Source: Eledone cirrhosa
Taxonomy: Eukaryota
Reading direction: 5' to 3'
Assembly (NCBI GenBank): GCA_964016885.1
Contig: OZ024743.1
Span: 328,910,001-328,974,000 of the forward strand
DNA: 64,000 nucleotides
A program made the translations under genes and the position numbers. This document shows positions 55,434 through 64,000 of the stretch, one piece after another; position 1 is the first letter of the stretch, and each line of letters opens with the position of its first letter. Below the pieces are notes generated by a model. That model worked only from the letters and a program-made list of their open reading frames with translations, made no database searches and was not told the DNA's origin.

Positions 55434-56570
55434 CATATATTTTATAATTTGTTTGACCCGAATTACTTGGTCGTTTCTATTGCTGTGCGGATGACGGTTT
55501 AACCATCGTCTCAGTGTGTTTGGCCTTTAACGTATGTTGTAGCTCTGGTTCGTCAGTATTATTGAGCGCTTGCCACACATCTCGGAACTTGATTTTCGCT
55601 AATTCCAAAGCCGAAATACGATTCTCGCTAATTTATATTTATATTAATCTCCAGAGTCTAGCTATTGACCAGTTAATTTTCTTGATTTTTTTTAGTTGAT
55701 TCTATTGACTGATGAATAGCTTTTGTTAACTTATAACCACTCTGTTGAGAGCTTAATTCGTTTTGTGATATTTTGCATTTTTGCAATAATATACACATAC
55801 TGAATTTCATCCGCCAAAATTAAGGGTTGCCTCCCTTGTCGAGCCCACGTGGGTATCGGTAACGGTCATTCCTTGCCCTGGCACTTGAACTAAAACCTGT
55901 TGAGAAAGTGACTTCCTTGTTCAATCATCTTACCAGAAGCCTAACATTATTTGTTCAAATCCTAGGCGGTGGATTGGCAGTATCGGTAGAGGGTCGGACG
56001 CCATGCTTTCCAGCATAGTTACGTCCCTTTTCGATCTGAGTTCAAATCCCGCTGAGGTTGACTTTGCCTTTCATCCTTGCAGGGTCGATAAAATAAAGTA
56101 CCAGTAATGTACTGGGTATTGCTGGCCTTGTGCCAAAGGTAGAAACAATTATTTGTTCAAATCCTGCTGAGGTTGACTTTGCCTTTCATCCTTACGGGGT
56201 CGATAAAATAAAGTACCAGTAATGCACTGGATATTTGTTGGCCTTGTGCCTAAAGTAGAAACAATTATTTGTCTAAGCGGACAGTACTTGATTTAGGAGT
56301 CGCAGAAACCTAAATGCTGGATTTTACCAACCATCCAGGGGTCCGGGTAAATTTTTTCAATCACATATTTTTTTATTTGTTTGACCCGAATTACTTGGTC
56401 GTTTCTATGGCTGTGCGGATGACGGTTTAATCATCGTCTCAGTGTGTTTGGCCTTTAACGTATGTTGTAGCTCTGGTTCGTCAGAATTATTGAGCGCTTG
56501 CCACACATCTCGGAAGTTGTTTTTCGCTAATTCCAAAGCCGAAATACGGTTCTCGCTAATTTATATTTGT
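55434..56570. mobile_element. Unclassified element with direct terminal repeats of about 205 bp (A-B-A); diverged relative at 60702-61349
   Basis: TTTGTTTGACCCGAATTACTTGGTCG..TTCTCGCTAATTTATATT at about 55447 and 56376. The internal part matches 60702-61082. Confidence 0.6.
55965..56266 (+). mobile_element. Full-length SINE A (55965-56147) nested in the 5' end of a truncated SINE A (to 56266)
   Basis: 18-bp TSD ATTATTTGTTCAAATCCT at 55946-55963 and 56148-56165. Confidence 0.88.
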
Positions 56571-57099
56571 ATATATATATATATATATATATATTGGTAA
56601 ATCCACCACTCCAGTCTCCTTCTCAACAAGGATGATGAAACAAACTTGCCTCAACACTTTATTTTAAATCTTTAATTCTTAGTTTTTAATTCTTATTAAT
56701 TCTTTTTAATTGTAATACTCAAAATTTCATAAGATGGATTTTACTAATACATCGAAACCGGTAATACTTTATATACATTATAAAACTCTCTTTTAAAAGA
56801 ATTGTCCCTCTCATTTTTTCAATAATGTCACTTTGACGAATCAAAGGAAGGAAAAAAAAAAAAAAAAAGAAAAACAGAACTTAAATACATTTTCCGTGCT
56901 ATTTCCGATTTCACTTTTTCTCTATAACCACTGTTTTTTATAGAACCTTACTTCCCTTTCCTAATATATATATATAGTACAGCTATTTATTACCAGTCGA
57001 AACGGCTTGAGCTCTGCCGGCGGGGTCTTGAACATTTTCCTATTACCCACTCTACTACCCTAAGTATGGTCCATCTGGTTCCTTACCACACTTCCTTCG

Positions 57100-57146
<47 letters not shown>

Positions 57147-57160
57147 TATATATATATATA

Positions 57161-57200
<40 letters not shown>

Positions 57201-57240
57201 TATATCTATATATGCATATATATATATATATATATATATA

Positions 57241-57282
<42 letters not shown>

Positions 57283-57284
<2 letters not shown>

Positions 57285-57498
57285 AAGGCGTGTGGCTGAG
57301 TGGTTAGGGAATTGGATTCGCAATCGTAAGGTTGTGAGTTCGATTCCTGGACCAGGCGATGCGTTATGTCCTTGAGCAAGACACTTTATTTCACGTTGCT
57401 CCTTCTACCTGGAGTTGCGACCGATAGATAGTATTAGCAATTGGAAAGACCAACGGAAACATTGTTCCCTCGGTCCGATTTGACGAAAGTCGATCGTC

Positions 57499-57500
<2 letters not shown>
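57283..57500 (+). mobile_element. tRNA-derived CORE-type SINE (family B)
   Basis: GTGGCTGAGTGGTTAGG (A box), GAGTTCGATTCC (B box), TGTCCTTGAGCAAGACACTTTATTTCAC (CORE-like). Confidence 0.75.
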
Positions 57501-57535
<35 letters not shown>

Positions 57536-57566
57536 TATATATATATATATATATATACATACATAC

Positions 57567-57602
<36 letters not shown>

Positions 57603-57604
57603 GC

Positions 57605-57637
<33 letters not shown>

Positions 57638-57661
57638 CATACATACATATATATATATATA

Positions 57662-57701
<40 letters not shown>

Positions 57702-57703
57702 TA

Positions 57704-57776
<73 letters not shown>

Positions 57777-57851
57777 GAAAATGAATAAACAAAACACAGG
57801 GGGAAATTGTACACGGTTATATTAGGTTCACACTTTGTAGAAGTGGAGGAA

Positions 57852-57889
57852 GTTTAGACGTTTCGGACAGAAGTCCTTCATCAGGAAAG
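57852..57889 (-). ncRNA. Hammerhead motif in a pLTR-type fragment (57772 onward), stem I imperfect
   Basis: Reverse complement: CTTTC-CTGATGA-A-GGAC-TTCT-GTCC-GAAAC-GTC-TAAAC. The tail is the reverse complement of 53996-54084. Confidence 0.65.
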
Positions 57890-58252
57890 TTCGGATAGAA
57901 GAGAAAGTCAGAGGAGGAGTAAGGGAAAGTTTAGGAGAGAAGATAGAAAGTAAAACATAGAAAATGGAACACTAGTAAAAATAAAAATAAAAGAGATAGG
58001 AGAGCTATAGGTTCAGGCTGGGTGGCCAGGGTGGTAGGGGCTGACATGGGTGTGGTAGTGTGTGTGTGTCGAAGGGGAGAAAGGGGGGATTGGGTAGAAG
58101 GGGGCTGCAAAAAGTTCTCAGAGTATAGGAAGAGACGGCAAGTGATGAGTGTGTGTGTATATGTGTAGATGTAAGTGCATGTGTATGCATGTATGTAAGT
58201 ATGTGTGTCTGTGTATGCGATGATGATTGTGTAGGTTTTATTATTTGTGTGA

Positions 58253-58440
58253 GGGCGATGGATTGGCAGTATTGGTGGAGGGTCGGACGCCATGCTTTGC
58301 AGCAAAGAGTTACGGCCGTTTACGGTCTGAGTTCAACCCCTCCGAGGTTAACTTTGCCTTTCATCCTTCCGGGGTCGATAAAATAAAGTACCAGTAATAC
58401 ACTGGGATAATTGCTGGCGTTGTGCCAAAAGTAGAAATAT
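58253..58440 (+). mobile_element. SINE family A, full length
   Basis: GGCGATGGATTGGCAGTATTGG..TTTGCCTTTCATCCTTCCGGGGTCGATAAAATAAAGTACCAG..GTAGAAA. Confidence 0.88.
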
Positions 58441-59083
58441 TTATTTGCGTGTGTGTGGGAAAAGAGTGCATAATGTTAAATATATTTAGGTTGTGCGGAT
58501 GAAACGAAATAAAAGGTGTGTGAAAGTGGTGTGTGTGTGTAACAAGGTATAGGAGTGTGTATGTTAGTGTATTGGTATGTGTGTACGTGTTCATGTATGT
58601 AAGTGTGTAAGTTTCTGTAGGGGATGTTTGTGTGTGTGTGTTTAGATGGTCCGAAGTTTGGGTGTGTGTGATGTTAAATGTGTGCGAGTTACCGTAGTGT
58701 GTGTGTGTTGATAGTGGATATGAGTGTTGTCTGTTAGAGTATTCGTGTGTATATATGTGTATGTGAATAACGTTCATGTGTGTGTGTGTGTATGTTTCTG
58801 TAGAGATGTTGGTGTGTGTGTGTGTGTTAGAATGGTCCGAGGTTTGCGGTAGATCGAAGTGAAATGCACTTCGAGGAGGTCAGGGCGGAAGGGAGGTGGT
58901 GGCTCACGCAGAACGGAAGTGGCAGTGGTGGGATGTGGAAGTTGTAGTGTCGGGTGGAGGAAGCTAGAGGGTAAACAAAATAAAATAGTTGCTTAAATAC
59001 GTGTGTTATTTTTCCTCATTTTTTCCCGTTCTCTCATCTTCTCGTTCTTTATTTTTCTATCATATCTTTTATTTATAACTCTA

Positions 59084-59119
59084 TTTTCTGATGAAGGACT
59101 AGTGTCAGAAACGTTAAGA
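59084..59119 (+). ncRNA. Degenerate hammerhead, same family as 1962-1997
   Basis: TTTT-CTGATGA-AGGAC-TAGT-GTCA-GAAAC-GTT-AAGA, followed by a homologous tail to about 59208. Confidence 0.55.
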
Positions 59120-59239
59120 TTCTTTCCTGTTATTTCGAATGTTAAAGTAATATATTTCTTCAACGTACTGTCGTTTGCTTTGTTATTTCTGTTTTTAATT
59201 TTTTACATGAACACACACACAGATATATATATATATTTT

Positions 59240-59421
59240 TTCATTTATCGTGGCTAAGTAATGAGTCTTGTTACTCTGGAGTTTCACCTGCGCACCCACA
59301 CGATCATCACGTGAGTGCGCAGGTGAAACTCCAGAGTAACAAAAATTACTATTTAGCCATAATAAATGAATATTTAAATTTTATGGTATTCAGTACTATT
59401 TCTTCCGTCAACCACATACAG
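59240..59421 (+). mobile_element. Fold-back element with HHR 3' halves
   Basis: Hairpin 59270-59340, GTTACTCTGGAGTTTCACCTGCGCAC..GTGCGCAGGTGAAACTCCAGAGTAAC. GAAA-CTCCAGAG-TA gives stem III plus a GUA triplet. The outer arms are diverged. Confidence 0.65.
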
Positions 59422-59487
59422 ATATATATATATATGAAAAACGTAAAATAAGAAAATTATAGTAATTAGCTTACTTACTTAAATTTA

Positions 59488-59570
59488 ACTCCAACTAATT
59501 AGTTTCTGAAAGGGAATATACATAGTCTCCAAATGGAGACCATGGAGAAACCTTTTCTTCATCAGGGAGT
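59488..59570 (-). ncRNA. Type I hammerhead motif (left arm)
   Basis: Reverse complement of 59640-59722 with small differences in the stem II loop. Confidence 0.7.
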
Positions 59571-59639
59571 CATTCTCAGCTAAGATACCTGGCGATGCGC
59601 GGACACAGGGAACTTATACAAAAATAATAGCTGAGAATG

Positions 59640-59722
59640 ACTCCCTGATGAAGAAAAGGTTTCTCCATTGTATCCATTTGGAGACTATGTATATTCCCTT
59701 TCAGAAACTAATTAGTTGGAGT
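59640..59722 (+). ncRNA. Type I hammerhead motif (right arm)
   Basis: ACTCC-CTGATGA-AGAAAAGG..TCTCCA..TGGAGA..CCCTTTCA-GAAA-CTAATTAG-TT-GGAGT. Stem I ACTCC/GGAGT, palindromic stem III; the base of stem II is A-A. Confidence 0.7.
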
Positions 59723-60067
59723 GAAATTTAAGTAAGTAAGCTAATTACTATAATTTTCTTATTTTACGTTTTTCATATAATTGTTCTGCATCCCCTTGCA
59801 TTGAACCACAAAGTTACTAAGACAAAACCTATATATTTGCTTGCATAGGTATACATCTGTATATATATGTTGGTAGATATACTAATATCTAGGTTGAGAT
59901 GCAATTTTGGTTGTATTGTGCTGCGCTTTCTAGCAAAAAGCCACCAGCCGTAAGCAACTAATCACATTCTGTCTAACCTGACCGCTGCTACGTCACGATT
60001 CTTAGCCATTTTTGAATGTATTCTTGGCGTGATCTCTTTGGAAAATTTATTGTCTAAATTTGAGCTA

Positions 60068-60145
60068 ACTTCCTGAAGAGTCCGGTGCTCTAGGTGTCCG
60101 ATGCTATCGGATATCTTAAAATACCGACGAAACCATGGTAGAGGT
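60068..60145 (+). ncRNA. Type I hammerhead ribozyme, canonical core with extended stem II
   Basis: ACTTC-CTGAAGA-GTC(CGGT..GGTGTCCGAT-GCT-ATCGGATATC..ACC)GAC-GAAA-CCATGG-TA-GAGGT. G10.1-C11.1 pair, GUA triplet. Confidence 0.85.
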
Positions 60146-60419
60146 AACTAAATATGTTCACTTTTCTCCTAGTTTATTTTACACCTAATTATGTTTGGTT
60201 GACTGTATATCTGAGCGATTCATACACGCTGTCGAAATACTCGATAAATATTCCGTTGCAACTGACGCGAAGGACTACTTTCGGTTATTTGTCGGAGCTT
60301 TCTTCATAGAAGCCTTTATTCTTATAGCTTGGTCTAATCGATTTTTTATATGGTTAATTATGCTAATTGGGAGAGGAAATGGTATATATTTTATCTGGTG
60401 ATTCTATAGACATGTTTTA

Positions 60420-60460
<41 letters not shown>

Positions 60461-60463
<3 letters not shown>

Positions 60464-60687
60464 AGTAAAAATATTTTCGAAACAGCGAGCGGGTTTGAAA
60501 TTATTATAAATGTAAGCTATCGCCGTATTTTGACTAAAGAAATTATTTAGCCTGATAGTGGGGTTAAGAACCCTCGGAGAAATGGAAAAAGATGAGTATT
60601 GACTCCCATGTACGTCAATACTCATCTTTTTCCATTTCTCCGAGGGTTCTTAACCCCACTATCAGGCTAAATAATTTCTTTAGTCAA
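60461..60687. repeat. Fold-back with arms of about 74 bp and a one-sided 70-bp extension, between (TA)n tracts; no HHR recognised
   Basis: 60530-60603 is the reverse complement of 60614-60687. Confidence 0.8.
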
Positions 60688-61091
60688 TATATATATATAT
60701 TGTATTAATCTCCCGAGTCTTACAATTAACCTGTTAATAATTCTATTGACAGAAAAATTGCATAAGTTTATTTTAAAAACTACCAGGTTGAGTGCTTATT
60801 CGATTTGTGCTATTTATGCAATTTTTTGCATGATTTACACATACTGAATTGATTTGCCAAAATCTGAGGGTTTTCCCCTTGTGTGTTACACATGTGCTTT
60901 TACAAAGCACTACGTCGTTCACGAACCTGGCACAGAACAAAATACCTGTTGATAACGTGATAATCCTTGTTCGATCATTATACCAAAAGCTTATAGTTTT
61001 AAGCAGACAGTATTATTGATTTAGGTCTCATAGAAACCCTGTATTTGGATTTTACCATCAACTCCAATGGGTCCAGGTTTGTTCATATATT

Positions 61092-61139
<48 letters not shown>

Positions 61140-61344
61140 TTTATCATTTATTTTGTCTGACCTGATTAGCTTGATTTATTTTTTTGGCTTAGGTGGTTAA
61201 TGCCTTCTTGACTGCCTTTTCAGTTTTGTATGGCCTTTATAACCTATGTTTAGCTCTGGTTTTTTAACTATGGAGCGCTTGCCAGCATGACTCTCATTTT
61301 GCGTTTCGTTTCGCTTTTTCTACCCGCCGAAATGCGATTCTCGC

Positions 61345-61382
<38 letters not shown>

Positions 61383-61383
<1 letters not shown>

Positions 61384-61531
61384 GTAATGAAGGAGTAACC
61401 AATCGTCCTTGTTATTTTATTTCACTATAATACACTCTGTCCTGCTCTACACATCTACACGGAATTGAACCTAAACATCATCGAGTGCTCACCCGGATGA
61501 ACCTACAGTAACTCCAAGTTACACTCCCTTG

Positions 61532-61532
<1 letters not shown>
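61383..61532 (+). mobile_element. Solo 3' tail of the 40631-41062 family in (TA)n
   Basis: GTAATGAAGGAGTAACCAATCGTCCTTGTTAT..TCGAGTGCTC.CCCGG.TGAACCT.CAGTAACTCCAAGTTA.ACTCCCT. Confidence 0.78.
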
Positions 61533-61568
<36 letters not shown>

Positions 61569-61922
61569 TAGATAGGTAGATAGATAGATAGCTATATATT
61601 TGCGTGTGTGTATCAGGATAGAACCAGTCTGTCTACATGTTTGAGCTTACGTTTGTGCTAGAACTGGTGTTCCTTAAAGTAATACTTAGACAAACAGAAA
61701 TCGATAAAATAAGTGTCAGACATAAAGCAAATCAGTACAGGGGTCGATTTGATCAATTAAATCCTTTTAAAGTACTACCCCAGCATGGCCGCCGTCAAAT
61801 GAGTGAAAGAATTAAATAGTACAAGCAATATATGTTGTTACACAAACTCTCTCTCTCTCTCCCTCTCTCCCCCTCTCTCTCTCACCCCCTCTCTCTCTCT
61901 GTATATATATATATATATACAT

Positions 61923-62126
61923 ATGAAAAGAGTCAGGACCCCGACGGCTGAGCTCCGGCCGTTTCGACAGCTAGATCAGAACTGTTTGGATCTAGCTGTC
62001 GAAACGGCCAGAGCTCAGCCGTCGGGGTCCTGACTCTTTTCCTATTTCCTATCACCCACTCTACTACCCTAAGTATCCAGTACTCTGGTGCGTTCTGGTC
62101 CATCTGGTTTCTTACCACACCTTTGT
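61923..62126 (+). mobile_element. Fold-back family F element
   Basis: GAAAAGAGTCAGGACCCCGACGGCTGAGCTC.GGCCGTTTCGACAGCTAGATC / GATCTAGCTGTCGAAACGGCC.GAGCTCAGCCGTCGGGGTCCTGACTCTTTTC, then the family tail. Confidence 0.82.
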
Positions 62127-62168
62127 TATATATATATATATATATATATATACTACCCTAAATATATA

Positions 62169-62235
<67 letters not shown>

Positions 62236-62280
62236 TAAAAGGTAAACCTTATGTACCTTCACACACACACACACACACAC

Positions 62281-62335
<55 letters not shown>

Positions 62336-62376
62336 GAAAAATTGAACAGGGACAGAACAGAGAGGCAGTACAATAA

Positions 62377-62460
<84 letters not shown>

Positions 62461-62860
62461 GATAACAAGTTATCGTTATAGGTAATCCAGTTAGAGGTTG
62501 TGAGTACTCTGCGTCGTGGATAGTTTTAACGTACGGCTTTATTTGACTCAACAAGATGCTTCCATAGTTATGCAGCGAGTTCGCGGTAATTTCTATGCAG
62601 GTTATACTTGGATTAATAATAGTTAAAGAATATAAAATCTTGCCTTAAAGGAAGTGGAAGTGGAACCAAAGTAGATAAAAGAATTAGTACCAGTTATAAC
62701 CTTACATTCATACACTAAATTTTTATCAAGACATTGGTTACTAAGAGGACAGTTCTAATAGGGCAATGGACTTAACATGTTTGTTGTTGAACCAGAGATA
62801 AATGTCTCATATAGGATGTTACTGTTATATATATGTATGAGATGAAAGAATGGTATTTAA

Positions 62861-63250
62861 CTAATGTAATGGTACGCGATGGGGCCCACCCACAGCCCCG
62901 GCGGACAGAATGGAGAAGGCGTTTCCCTGGAGGACGGCAAGGGAGACGCGCTGGAAAAGCCACTCCAACTCGCAGGGCTCACACCTACGGCTGGCCAGCT
63001 CAGCGCCTATGGTGGTGAGCAAGGAGGTAGCCCTGGGGCCGAGGACACGAGAAGTTTCCACTGCCAGGGGAACGACCGCAAACCTGTCGGAGAGCGACCG
63101 GTATTTGAGGAGTTTGGCCCCCTCAGCCCGACGTGCAGCAGAACCTGGGTCAGTCGCAGACTGCACCAGGTTGCGGCTGCAGAAAGTGTCGGTGCAAGTG
63201 GCATCCCAGACGAGGGGTTTGCCACCGCGGAACGGGAAGATGGTCATGCC
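62861..63250 (-). pseudogene. C-terminal restriction-like endonuclease of a CRE-clade non-LTR retrotransposon (5'-truncated)
   Basis: GMT.FPF..GKPLVWDATCTDT..AARRAE..K..KY..L..PLAVET..LG..FQRVSLAVLQGNA..IL, in a GC-rich island. Candidate 12-bp TSD ATAGTTAAAGAA at 62619-62630 and 63251-63262. Confidence 0.8.
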
Positions 63251-63804
63251 ATAGTTAAAGAAAGAAGAGTAATATGGTTGGCTGTACAATAAGGGCTTTA
63301 TTTAAAGTACTGACAATTGTTTCGTTGATCATGTGGTCTAGAGTTCGCTAATCGCTTGAGGTTGCGTTATTTGATCTCCAATACATTATTCACCTCTGGT
63401 CAACACATCAGAGTATGTAGATATGAAAGTAATTCACTCGAGGCAAGACTTATATAAAAAAAATAGCGTGTAATTAAAACAATAACATCAATAATAAAAT
63501 AGCGTATAATCTAAACAATAACATCATTAATAATACATGTATGGTAAATAGATAGAGAGGCTACAGATGTAAAAAGTAAAAGCAGAATATAAGATAGGGT
63601 ACATAAAAAAGTAAGAAAATGAGAGAATGGAAAATATAAAGAGATAAATAAATAAATAAGTGAGAGCGTGTAAGTACATAGTAGTAGTTTTTAAGTAAGT
63701 GTTCGTATAAGGATTCGTTGGTGGGAAACTAGATTTGAGATGTACATAGATACGTGTAGAGGGTCCGATAAAAGAAACAATAAATTAGAGATTATATATA
63801 TATA

Positions 63805-63887
<83 letters not shown>

Positions 63888-64000
63888 GTGAAGGTAGATA
63901 AGGTTTTGTTTATGTATATCAGGAATGAATGCTTAAACAAGAAAGCTGTTTACCAGAAAGTTTGACTCGACAGTATCCTTTGAATCCTATAGCATAATAT

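Larger units (their letters stand above)
59431..59832. mobile_element. Fold-back element with arms of about 150 bp, each holding a complete hammerhead motif
   Basis: 59431-59582 is the reverse complement of 59628-59779, with a spacer of about 46 bp. The right arm extends about 50 bp further, to TATATA. Confidence 0.82.

Noticed and set aside
56728-56766. CATAAGATG..CATCGAAACCGGTA hammerhead-like relic
   Set aside because: The core CUGA is broken and stem I is unconvincing. It may be a dead copy, so it was not called.
57283-57360. Possible tRNA gene
   Set aside because: The A and B boxes continue into a SINE CORE-like body, with no full cloverleaf or terminator. The same applies to the fragments at 45795 and about 23400.

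Overview
Gene-free, repeat-dominated eukaryotic DNA. It is most likely octopod cephalopod; this is an inference from the tRNA-derived SINE families and the very dense (TA)n/(CA)n microsatellites. No host protein-coding gene could be supported, and most ORFs in the track are microsatellite artefacts. The window holds three satellites (17, 25 and about 35 bp). The 16-kb, 25-bp array has grown inside the 3' end of a mariner-derived MITE. Other elements are a decayed hATm DNA transposon, a TA-flanked Tc1/mariner-pogo-type MITE, a 5'-truncated Penelope-like retroelement (RT + GIY-YIG) with inverted pseudo-LTRs, a CRE-clade RLE fragment and several SINEs. The main unexplained pattern is about a dozen type I hammerhead ribozyme (HHR) motifs from several unrelated families, plus about ten short head-to-head fold-back elements sitting in (TA)n tracts. 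In most of these the symmetry axis lies in HHR stem II, so both arms carry only the GAAAC..GUH half of the ribozyme. One arm runs to the element's 3' end and the other stops at an internal TA. I interpret this as a Penelope-driven, microsatellite-targeted system of non-autonomous hairpin elements made by two-ended priming or snap-back at the ribozyme stem; that mechanism is an inference. All coordinates were read by eye and may be off by a few bases.
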